Assembly (NCBI RefSeq): GCF_000025685.1
Contig: NC_013967.1
Location: forward strand, 2,580,001-2,612,000
Length of the DNA: 32,000 bases
From: Haloferax volcanii DS2
Lineage (GTDB): Archaea > Halobacteriota > Halobacteria > Halobacteriales > Haloferacaceae
Direction: 5' to 3'
Of the stretch, positions 16,988 to 24,484 are shown one piece after another. The notes beneath the pieces were generated by a model that worked only from the letters and a program-made list of their open reading frames with translations, had not been told where the DNA came from and did no database searches. The translations under genes were made by a program, and so were the position numbers. Within the stretch, counting starts at the first letter, position 1, and each line of letters opens with the position of its first letter.

Positions 16988-17004
16988 CTCAACTTAAGTC
17001 CGTC
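16988..17004 (-). promoter_or_regulatory. BRE/TATA-like element (minus strand GACGGACTTAAGTTGAG) for the rpl1 operon
   Basis: CTTAAG box about 90 nt upstream of the rpl1 ATG and downstream of the rpl11 terminator hairpins. Shares the 11-mer GACGGACTTAA with 11196-11206. Confidence 0.4.
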
Positions 17005-17132
17005 GAACTACGGGAGCCGAAACCCTCGAATTCGGGGGTTTCGCGTGCCACAGCCACACATGCGGGCTGGCGAGCACGCGAGCGATGTGAGGTCGTCGAC
17101 GGTCGGGCCGCTCCGGGTCGAATCGGGTCGGT

Positions 17133-17191
17133 GGAGAGAAGAAAGCGGGCCGAGTCGACTCGGCCCGACGGAAAGGGCGGTTCGAACCGCC
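17133..17191 (-). terminator. rpl11 terminator region: two GC-rich palindromic hairpins followed by a T/C-rich tract
   Basis: Perfect palindromes GGCGGTTCGAACCGCC (17176-17191) and CGGGCCGAGTCGACTCGGCCCG (17146-17167). On the minus strand these are followed by CTTTCTTCTCTCC. All lie immediately downstream of the rpl11 stop at 17210. Confidence 0.5.
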
Positions 17192-17209
17192 GAGACGGTT
17201 CCGAGACGA

Positions 17210-17689
17210 TTACTCGTCGTCGAAGTAGTCGTCGAAGTCGCCGCCGTCGATGCGCTGTTTGAACGTGCGGGCGTCTTCGCCCTCGATGGTGACGCCGAGG
17301 GACGCACACGTCCCAGCGACTTCCTTCGAGGCGTTCTTGAGGTCGTACGAGAGCAGGTCAGAGGACTTCTGCTCTGCGACCTTCTTCAGCTGTTCGATGG
17401 ACATGTCGGCGACGAAGTTCTCCTGGGGTTCGCCGCTGCCGGTGTCGAATCCGACTTCGTCCTTGATGAGCGCCGCCGTCGGCGGGACGCCGACTTCGAT
17501 GCTGAACGAGCCGTCGTCGTCGTACTCGACGGTGACGGGGACTTCCATGCCGTCGAAGGCAGCCGTCTGGTCGTTGATGTCGTTGACGACGTCCTGCACG
17601 TCGACGGGGGTCGGGCCGAGTTCCGGGCCGAGCGGCGGACCGGGGTTCGCCTTCCCGCCGGGAACGAGTACTTCGATAGTTCCAGCCAT
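17210..17689 (-). CDS. rpl11: 50S ribosomal protein L11
   Basis: 159 aa from the ATG at 17689 (MAGTIEVLVPGGKANPGPPLGPELGPTPVDVQ), the canonical L11 N-terminus. The 4-codon upstream extension is unlikely. Confidence 0.95.
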   Translation of the reverse strand: MAGTIEVLVPGGKANPGPPLGPELGPTPVDVQDVVNDINDQTAAFDGMEVPVTVEYDDDGSFSIEVGVPPTAALIKDEVGFDTGSGEPQENFVADMSIEQLKKVAEQKSSDLLSYDLKNASKEVAGTCASLGVTIEGEDARTFKQRIDGGDFDDYFDDE

Positions 17690-17707
17690 ACGTGGAAACA
17701 CCGTGTG

Positions 17708-17732
17708 GCGACTTTTAACGGTTTTCTTTCGG
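17708..17732 (-). promoter_or_regulatory. BRE/TATA promoter module (minus strand CCGAAAGAAAACCGTTAAAAGTCGC) for rpl11
   Basis: Same architecture and the same 18-nt spacing to the ATG as 13303-13328. Confidence 0.55.
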
Positions 17733-17805
17733 CCGGAGGCGTGTGCGACAACTACGCACAGATGGCGGAGTCACCGCCCGCCAGCCGACGGGTCGACGGG
17801 AACGC

Positions 17806-18870
17806 TCACAGTTCGACGCCGAACGACTCCACGTCGCCCGCGAGCGCGGCCATCGACCCGAGAAGTTCGGCCACGTCGTCGAGGTCGCTCGTGGAGACGA
17901 CCTCCACGGGCGTGTGCATGTAGCGGTTCGGGATGCCGATGTTGAGCGAGGGGATGCCGGAGCGACTCGTGTAGAAGGCGTCGGCGTCGGTGCCCGTGCG
18001 GATGCCGGCGGCCTGCAACTGCACGCCCATGTCGGCCTCTCCGGCCGCGTCGCGGGCGAGCGCGACGACGTTCGGGTGGTTCGCGCTCCCGCGGGAGACG
18101 ACCGGTCCCTCGCCGAGTTCGACCGGCCCTTTGCGCTTGCCGGGCACGTCGGGGTTGTCCGTGGCGTGGGTCACGTCGACGGCGACCATCGCGTCGGGGT
18201 CGAGGTCGTAGCCGACCATCTTCGCGCCCTGCACGCCGACTTCCTCCTGGACGGTGCTGACGGCGTACACCGTCGCATCCACGTCGGCCTCGACGGCGGC
18301 GCGCAGTCCCTCGGCGGCCGACCACGTGCCGACGCGGTTGTCCATCCCGTTGGCCGCGACGCGGTCGCCCGCGAGGTCGCGGACCCGCGCTTCGACCGTC
18401 ACGGGGTCGCCCACTTCGACGTGGTCCTTCGCGTCGCCCTTGCTCGTCGCGCCGATATCGACGAACTGCTCTTCGAGGTCGTCGTACTCCTCGCTGCCCA
18501 CGTCGCGGAGGTGGATGGCGGTCTGACCGATGACGCCCGCCACGTCGCCGTCGTCGCCGTGGACCGTCACGTGCTGGCCCTTCGAGACGGTGCGGTCCGC
18601 GCCGCCGATGGGGCCGATGCGGACGAAGCCGTCGTCGTCGATGTCGCGGACGATGTAGCCGATTTGGTCCGCGTGGCCGGTGAAGGCGATTTCCGGGCCC
18701 TCGCCGGTGCCCTCGTGGACCGCGACGGCGTTGCCGTAGTCGTCGACCGTCACGTCGTCGGCGAACTGCGAGACGTAGTCCACCCACACGCGCTGGCCGG
18801 CGACCTCGTAGCCGGACGGACTGGGTGTGGTGAGCAGGTCTTCGAGGAAGGCGCGTCGGTCGTCGTCCAT
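17806..18870 (-). CDS. M42-family metallopeptidase (TET aminopeptidase / FrvX-like)
   Basis: 354 aa from the ATG at 18870 (MDDDRRAFLEDLLTTPSPSGYE). M42 motifs: HADQIGY, DNRVG, QEEVG and the C-terminal NRYMHTPVEV. Confidence 0.9.
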   Translation of the reverse strand: MDDDRRAFLEDLLTTPSPSGYEVAGQRVWVDYVSQFADDVTVDDYGNAVAVHEGTGEGPEIAFTGHADQIGYIVRDIDDDGFVRIGPIGGADRTVSKGQHVTVHGDDGDVAGVIGQTAIHLRDVGSEEYDDLEEQFVDIGATSKGDAKDHVEVGDPVTVEARVRDLAGDRVAANGMDNRVGTWSAAEGLRAAVEADVDATVYAVSTVQEEVGVQGAKMVGYDLDPDAMVAVDVTHATDNPDVPGKRKGPVELGEGPVVSRGSANHPNVVALARDAAGEADMGVQLQAAGIRTGTDADAFYTSRSGIPSLNIGIPNRYMHTPVEVVSTSDLDDVAELLGSMAALAGDVESFGVEL

Positions 18871-19026
18871 ACGGGACGTTCGGGGGCGGCGAAACAAGAA
18901 CACAGCGACTCCAGCACACCACACCGGAAGCCGAGCAGGGCGTCGTGGTTCGCAGCGTCCCGCGGCGGCCCGAGACGGCCCCATCAGTCCGTCGCCACAA
19001 GGCATATCCATCTTGTGAGCCTACTG

Positions 19027-19398
19027 ATGAGTATGGCCGACTTCACCCTCTTCGAGGTTCACCTGCACGACGGCTTCGAGTTCAGTCCGACCAACAGCGC
19101 GCCGCTCCTCTCCAAGGGCGTCGACGCCCTCACCGACGCCGACGACGAATCGCACGACGACTACGACGCCGAGTTCGACGCCGAGTTCGACGCCGACGAA
19201 AGCGACGAGTTCGACGAGGCCGACGACGCCGAGTCGGGCGGCCGCCCCGGACTGGGGCTTCTCGTCGGGCTGGTTCTGCTCGTCGGCATCGCGGCGGCGG
19301 TCCGCTACATCCGCGGCGGCGACGACGACCTCGACGAACTGGCCGACCTCGACGACGCCGACGACGAGGAGCGCGACGAAGTCGAAGTCGACGCCTGA
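19027..19398 (+). CDS. Highly acidic single-pass membrane protein (hypothetical)
   Basis: 123 aa. FTLFEVHLHDG N-terminus, internal DAEFDAEFDADESDEFDEADDAE repeats, one TM helix (LGLLVGLVLLVGIAAAV) and an acidic tail. GC3-rich frame. The start could be ATG 19027 or 19033. Confidence 0.6.
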   Translation: MSMADFTLFEVHLHDGFEFSPTNSAPLLSKGVDALTDADDESHDDYDAEFDAEFDADESDEFDEADDAESGGRPGLGLLVGLVLLVGIAAAVRYIRGGDDDLDELADLDDADDEERDEVEVDA

Positions 19399-19418
19399 AC
19401 CGACGGCACCGAACACCG

Positions 19419-19424
19419 TTTTTT
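19419..19424 (+). terminator. T6 run downstream of the acidic membrane protein gene
   Basis: CACCGTTTTTTGTGG lies about 20 nt after the stop at 19398, a typical haloarchaeal oligo-T terminator. Confidence 0.5.
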
Positions 19425-19428
19425 GTGG

Positions 19429-19480
19429 CCGTTTCCACCGAGCGTTTCCACTGACCGGTTCTCCCGACCGTTTCCACCGA
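19429..19480. repeat. Tandem array of four 13-bp units (consensus CCGTTTCCACCGA)
   Basis: Units: CCGTTTCCACCGA (19429-41), GCGTTTCCACTGA (19442-54), CCGGTTCTCCCGA (19455-67), CCGTTTCCACCGA (19468-80). Degenerate flanking units sit at 19416-28 and 19481-93. Confidence 0.85.
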
Positions 19481-19527
19481 CTGCTCCTCTCGACGCCCGC
19501 GGCCGGGTTCGACCGCAGTCGGATACC

Positions 19528-19533
19528 CTTAAG
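19528..19533 (+). promoter_or_regulatory. TATA-like CTTAAG box for mvk-ipk
   Basis: Centred about 27 nt upstream of the mvk ATG at 19558. Confidence 0.4.
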
Positions 19534-19557
19534 CGAATCCCGTAGCAACTCCGGGGT

Positions 19558-20661
19558 ATGACCGTTTCGAGCGCTCCCGGCAAGGTGTATCTGTTCGGGG
19601 AGCACGCAGTCGTCTACGGCGAGCCGGCGGTTCCCTGCGCGGTCGAGCGCCGGGCGACCGTCACCGTCTCCGCCCGCGACGACGACCACGTCCGCGTCCG
19701 CGCCGAGGACCTGAGTCTCAACGGCTTCACCGTCGAGTACCGCGGCTCGACCCGCGACCGGCCCGACGTGGACGTTCCGGCACCGCTCGTGGAGGCCGCG
19801 ATGGGCTACATCGACGCCGCGGTCGACCAGGCCCGCGACGCCGCCGACGCGCCCGACGCCGGCTTCGACATCACCGTCGAAAGCGACATCCCGCTCGGGG
19901 CCGGTCTCGGCTCCTCCGCGGCGGTCGTCGTCGCCGGTATCGACGCCGCGACCCGCGAACTCGGCCTCGAACTCGAACCGCGCGAACTCGCGGAACGCGC
20001 CTACCAGGCCGAACACGAGGTCCAAGACGGACAGGCCTCCCGCGCCGACACCTTCTGCTCCGCGATGGGCGGGGCCGTCCGCGTCGAGGGCGACGACTGC
20101 CGGACCATCGACGCGCCGCCCCTCCCGTTCGTCATCGGCTTCGACGGCGGCGCGGGCGACACCGGCGCGCTCGTCTCCGGCGTCCGCGCGCTCCGCGAGG
20201 AGTACGACTTCGCCGCCGACACCGTCTCGACCGTCGGTGACATCGTCCGCCGGGGCGAGGAACTGCTGGCCGAGGCGGACCCCGACGCCGACGACCCGCC
20301 CGAAGAACTCCTCTCCGAACTCGGCCGCTTCATGGACTTCAATCACGGCCTCTTGGAAGCCCTCGGCGTCTCCTCGCGCTCGCTCGATTCGATGGTGTGG
20401 GCCGCCCGCGAGGCCGGCGCGTACGGCGCGAAACTGACCGGCGCGGGCGGCGGCGGCTGTATCGTCTCCTTGGACCCGACGCCCGAGACGCAGACCGCGC
20501 TCCGGTTCACCCCCGGTTGCGAGGACGCCTTCCGCGCCGAACTCGCCACCGAGGGCGTCAGAGTCGAGGTGCCGCCGGACGCGGATGCGGACGCCGAGGG
20601 CGAGGCCGAGCGCGAGCGCGACGACGGGAACGGGACGGAGACGGGGGCGGACTCGTCGTGA
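19558..20661 (+). CDS. mvk: Mevalonate kinase (GHMP family) with acidic C-terminal extension
   Basis: 367 aa. SAPGKVYLFGEHAVVYG N-terminus. GHMP motif PLGAGLGSSAAV. KLTGAGGGGC motif. About 35 aa of D/E/A-rich tail. Confidence 0.93.
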   Translation: MTVSSAPGKVYLFGEHAVVYGEPAVPCAVERRATVTVSARDDDHVRVRAEDLSLNGFTVEYRGSTRDRPDVDVPAPLVEAAMGYIDAAVDQARDAADAPDAGFDITVESDIPLGAGLGSSAAVVVAGIDAATRELGLELEPRELAERAYQAEHEVQDGQASRADTFCSAMGGAVRVEGDDCRTIDAPPLPFVIGFDGGAGDTGALVSGVRALREEYDFAADTVSTVGDIVRRGEELLAEADPDADDPPEELLSELGRFMDFNHGLLEALGVSSRSLDSMVWAAREAGAYGAKLTGAGGGGCIVSLDPTPETQTALRFTPGCEDAFRAELATEGVRVEVPPDADADAEGEAERERDDGNGTETGADSS

Positions 20662-21404
20662 GCCTCGTCGTCCTCAAACTCGGCGGGAGCGTCGTCACCG
20701 ACAAGGACGAACCGGAGACGGTCGACGAGGCGGGACTGGCGGCCGCCGCGGACGCGGTTGCGCCCCTCGCTGAATCGCGCCGCGTCGTCGTCGTCCACGG
20801 CGGCGGGAGCTTCGGCCACCACCACGCCGCCGAACACGGCGTCTCCTCGGAGTCCGGGAGCCACGACGCCCGCGGCGTGCGCGCCATCCACGACGCGATG
20901 AAGCGCCTCAACGACGCCGTCCTCGACGCCCTCGAAGAGCGCGGCGTCGCGGCCCTGCCGGTCCACCCGCTTTCGGCCGGCGCGCGCGAGGCCGACGGCT
21001 CGCTGTCGCTTCCGCTCGCGGCGACCGAGACGATGCTCGACGAGGGCTTCGTCCCGGTCCTCCACGGAGATGTCATCTCGCACGCGGGCAAGGGCGCGAC
21101 CATCGTCAGCGGCGACGACCTCGTGGTGTCGCTCGCGTCGGGGCTCGGCGCGGACCGCGTCGGCCTCTGTTCGACCGTCCCCGGCGTGCTCGACGCCGAC
21201 GGCGACGTGATTCCCGAGATTACGGCGTTCGCGGACGCGGCCGACGCGCTCGGCGGGTCTGACTCCACCGACGTGACCGGCGGGATGGCCGCGAAGGTGC
21301 GAAAACTGCTCGCGCTCGGCGCGCCGGCGCACGTCTTCGGCCCCGAGGGACTGTCGGCGTTCGTCGCCGGCGAGTCGCCGGGAACCGTCATCCGCGGAGA
21401 GTAG
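20658..21404 (+). CDS. ipk: Isopentenyl phosphate kinase (amino-acid-kinase fold)
   Basis: 248 aa from the GTG at 20658, which is the only plausible start and overlaps the mvk stop as GTGA. VVLKLGGSVVTDK, HGGGSFGH and C-terminal DVTGGM motifs. Confidence 0.88.
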   Translation: MSLVVLKLGGSVVTDKDEPETVDEAGLAAAADAVAPLAESRRVVVVHGGGSFGHHHAAEHGVSSESGSHDARGVRAIHDAMKRLNDAVLDALEERGVAALPVHPLSAGAREADGSLSLPLAATETMLDEGFVPVLHGDVISHAGKGATIVSGDDLVVSLASGLGADRVGLCSTVPGVLDADGDVIPEITAFADAADALGGSDSTDVTGGMAAKVRKLLALGAPAHVFGPEGLSAFVAGESPGTVIRGE

Positions 21405-21440
21405 TCGGCGTCGGGATCGGATTCAGACTCGGAGTCAGAC

Positions 21441-22187
21441 TCAGAGTTCGACGACCAACCCGTCTTCTGCGACCCGGACCTCGCCGTCGAACTGTTCGCT
21501 CACGCTCGCCCGGAGGTCGTCGGTGACGCGGTCGGCGTGCGGGTAGAGATGCGTCAGGTAGACCGAGTCGATGTCCCGCCCGGCGAGCGCCTCGCCCACC
21601 TGCGACGGCGTCGGGTGGTTCGACACGTCCACGTCGTCCGGGAACGAGCAGTCGTGCGCGAGGACGCTCGCGCCGTCGGCGAAGTCGCCGAGGGCGGAGA
21701 ACGCCTCGGTGTCCCCCGAGAAGACGAAGTCGGCCTCGCCGCGCTCGTTGCTGAAGCGGTAGGCGAGCGTCGGCATCGAGTGGCGGACTTCGAACCCCAT
21801 CACGTCGAAGCCGGCGATGCCGAACTCGGTCGGGCCGACCTCCCGAATCTGGATGTCGAGGCGGCCTCGGAGGTAGTCGTGGACGTCGAACAGTCCCTCG
21901 ACGAGTTCCTCGGTCCCCTCCGGGCCGACGATTTCGAGGCTGTCAGCGCCGGCGAGCCACCGGGCTTTCACGAGCGCCATCAGGTCCGAGACGTGGTCGA
22001 GGTGGTGGTGCGTGAGGAGGACCGACGAGACGCCCTCGTAGCCGACTTCCGTCTCGGCCAGTCGGGCGAGGACGCCCGACCCGCAGTCCACGAGGAGGGC
22101 GTTACCGTCCGATTCGAGGAGGAGCCCGGTCTGGGCGCGGCCGGTGACGGGCATCGCACTACCGGTTCCGAGGAACGTGACGCGCAT
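21441..22187 (-). CDS. MBL-fold metallo-hydrolase (RNase Z-like/beta-lactamase-fold)
   Basis: 248 aa from the ATG at 22187 (MRVTFLGTGSAMP). HxHxDH motif (LTHHHLDHVSD). The GTG five codons upstream (22202) is less likely. Confidence 0.85.
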   Translation of the reverse strand: MRVTFLGTGSAMPVTGRAQTGLLLESDGNALLVDCGSGVLARLAETEVGYEGVSSVLLTHHHLDHVSDLMALVKARWLAGADSLEIVGPEGTEELVEGLFDVHDYLRGRLDIQIREVGPTEFGIAGFDVMGFEVRHSMPTLAYRFSNERGEADFVFSGDTEAFSALGDFADGASVLAHDCSFPDDVDVSNHPTPSQVGEALAGRDIDSVYLTHLYPHADRVTDDLRASVSEQFDGEVRVAEDGLVVEL

Positions 22188-22247
22188 GCGCCGAGATACC
22201 ACGGCGGCGGCGTTAGTCCTTGTGCTCGCGTGAACGAGTCAACGAGA

Positions 22248-23273
22248 ATGAAAATATTGATGGTAGACATGATTCTTGTCGTGGGTGAGATTGTGTCCCG
22301 CATTCGCACCTTCCTCTCGCACGGTATTTTCGCCGTCGTCGCGGTCTACGCGGTGGTGACGCTCGCATTCGTCGTCATCGCGCTCACCCCGGACCCCGGC
22401 GAGGCCGCGCTCGCGCACAGCCTCGTCCGACAGGGCCGCGGCGACCAACTCGAAGCGAAACTCCGCGCCTACCGCGCCGCCCGTAACCTCGACGTACCCG
22501 TCACGACACGGTACGCGCGCTGGCTGGTCGATATCACCGTCCTCGACTGGGGGCGTTCGTTCGCGACCGGGCGCTCGGTGCTGTCGATGGTCCGCGAAGG
22601 GCTGGCGTACACGCTCTCGTACGTCGTCCCCGGCGTCGTCGTCGGCACGGCCGGCGGCATCTGGGCCGGCCTGTCGACCGCCCGCGACTCGGCGTCGAAC
22701 GCCGGCCGCGGCCTATCGGTCCTCTCGTACGCCGCCTTCGGCGTCCCGAGTTTCTGGCTGGCGGCCGTCTTCTTCGTCACCGTCGCTCCGAAGCTCTCGT
22801 GGTTCCCCGACCGCCTGCCGACGACCGGTCCCTTCTCTCCCGAGGTACTGTTGTTCCTCGCCCCCGCGGCCGTCATCGTCGCGGTGAACGTCTTCGCCGG
22901 CCAACTCCGGTACGCCCGGACGAAGGGAAGCGAGTACTTCCAGTCCGACTTCGTGCGACAGCACCGCGCCGTCGGCGTGAGTCGCCGGAAAGTCATGTGG
23001 TACGTCCTCCGGGTAGCCGCGGTCCCGCTGCTCGCGGTGTCGCTCGCGGACCTCATCGCCATTCTCGTCGTCAACGTGTTCGTCGTCGAGTACGTGTTCA
23101 ACGTCCCCGGCGTCGGTTTCCTCACCTATCAGGCCGTCCTCGACCGCGACATGCCCGTGGTCCTCGGGATGACGATGGTCGTCGCGCTCGCGGGCATCGG
23201 TGCCAACTTCCTCCAAGAAGTCGCGAACACGCTCCTCGACCCGCGAATCGGCGACGGCGGGGGCGCGCCATGA
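22248..23273 (+). CDS. ABC transporter permease, Dpp/Opp/Nik (DppB-like) family
   Basis: About 341 aa. EAA-loop region (FVRQHRAVGVSRRKVMWYVLRVAAVPLL) and C-terminal ANTLLDPRI. The start is uncertain (ATG 22248, ATG 22269 or GTG 22281), because an AT-rich TATA-like patch (AAAATATT, 22251-58) lies inside the longest ORF. Confidence 0.85.
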   Translation: MKILMVDMILVVGEIVSRIRTFLSHGIFAVVAVYAVVTLAFVVIALTPDPGEAALAHSLVRQGRGDQLEAKLRAYRAARNLDVPVTTRYARWLVDITVLDWGRSFATGRSVLSMVREGLAYTLSYVVPGVVVGTAGGIWAGLSTARDSASNAGRGLSVLSYAAFGVPSFWLAAVFFVTVAPKLSWFPDRLPTTGPFSPEVLLFLAPAAVIVAVNVFAGQLRYARTKGSEYFQSDFVRQHRAVGVSRRKVMWYVLRVAAVPLLAVSLADLIAILVVNVFVVEYVFNVPGVGFLTYQAVLDRDMPVVLGMTMVVALAGIGANFLQEVANTLLDPRIGDGGGAP

Positions 23274-24394
23274 GCGACACCGCCACCGGGAGCGCGACCC
23301 GCGGCCGCACCGAGAGCCGCGACCTGATGCCGGTCGTCGTCGCCGTCGGCCTGCTCGCGTTCGCGGCGCTGGCGTGGTACTCGTCCGCGTTGGACCCCCT
23401 GCCGTTCGTCGGCGACCTCCGCCGCATCGACCTGCTTTTCGTCCCCGCGTTGTTCCTCCTGTGCGCCTACGGCGTCGCCCCGCTCGTCGCCGAGCCCAAG
23501 CGGGCGAAGCCCATGGTGAACCACGCGCGAGAGCGACCGTTGGTTGCGTTCAGCCTGCTGTGGGTCGGCCTGTTCGTCGTCGTCGGACTGGTCGCGCCCG
23601 CGTTCATCGACCTGTCGTACGACCTCGACGCGACCAACCAACCGCCCGTGTACGCGACGGTCGCGAGCACGTTCACCGACGACTGCCTCGGCACCCTCGC
23701 GGCCGGCCGGTGTTCCGGGACGTGGGCCCACCCCCTCGGAACGACCGGCATCGGCCGCGACGTGCTGACGCTCGTCCTGTTCGGGATGCGCGAGGCGCTG
23801 ACGTTCGCGACCATCGTCGCGGCACTCATCGTCCCCGTCGCCACGACCGTCGGCGTCGTCGCGGGCTACCGAGGCGGGCTGACCGACAGCCTCCTGATGC
23901 GCGTCGTGGACGTACAGCAGACGCTCCCCGCGTTCGTCATCTACGTCATCGCCAGCTTCCTCGCCGGCGAGAGCCAGTTCCTCCTCGTCGCCGTCTTCGG
24001 CCTGACGAGTTGGGGGAGCGTCGCGCGCATCGTCCGCAACGAGACGGTCCACCTGAAGGCGAGCGACAGCGTCACCGCGGCCACCGTCGTCGGCGCGGGC
24101 ACGCTCCACGTTCTCCGGCGACACATCCTGCCGAAGCTCTCCGGACCCATCGCCACCGCCGTCACGCGACAGATTCCGACGCTCCTGCTCGTAGAGGCGG
24201 CGCTGTCGTACATGGAACTGACCGTCGTCACCTCCGGGTCGTGGGGGCGGACGATTAAGACCGGGATGGCCGAGTTCCCGCGGGCGTGGTGGATATCCGC
24301 CGCTCCGGTCGTCGCGCTCTGCGTGACGGTCGTCGCGTTCAGCGTCCTCGGCGACAGCCTCCGAACCGTCGTGGACCCGCGACTCGACGACTGA
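23270..24394 (+). CDS. ABC transporter permease, Dpp/Opp/Nik (DppC-like) family
   Basis: 374 aa. HPLGTTGIGRDVL motif typical of DppC/OppC. C-terminal LGDSLRTVVDPRL. ATGA overlap with the preceding permease. Confidence 0.85.
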   Translation: MSDTATGSATRGRTESRDLMPVVVAVGLLAFAALAWYSSALDPLPFVGDLRRIDLLFVPALFLLCAYGVAPLVAEPKRAKPMVNHARERPLVAFSLLWVGLFVVVGLVAPAFIDLSYDLDATNQPPVYATVASTFTDDCLGTLAAGRCSGTWAHPLGTTGIGRDVLTLVLFGMREALTFATIVAALIVPVATTVGVVAGYRGGLTDSLLMRVVDVQQTLPAFVIYVIASFLAGESQFLLVAVFGLTSWGSVARIVRNETVHLKASDSVTAATVVGAGTLHVLRRHILPKLSGPIATAVTRQIPTLLLVEAALSYMELTVVTSGSWGRTIKTGMAEFPRAWWISAAPVVALCVTVVAFSVLGDSLRTVVDPRLDD

Positions 24395-24484
24395 CGGGGG
24401 ACAGCCCCTTCGGGCGCGGCGTCGGCTCCGACCACCGCGGGCACAGGCACAACCCTCATACCCGCGCAGGCTAACCCCGAGGTA

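Noticed and set aside
18996-19017. Inverted repeat CACAAG-N10-CTTGTG around the TATA-like GCATATCC upstream of the acidic membrane protein gene.
   Set aside because: It has only 6-bp arms, which is within chance expectation for a 150-nt intergenic region. It is noted but is not strong enough to call an operator.
21423-21442. Direct repeat TCAGACTC (x2) and a GACTC/GAGTC near-palindrome between the convergent ipk and MBL-hydrolase genes.
   Set aside because: It is short, partly overlaps the MBL gene's stop codon, and a stem with essentially no loop is sterically implausible. It is probably an incidental or weak bidirectional termination region.
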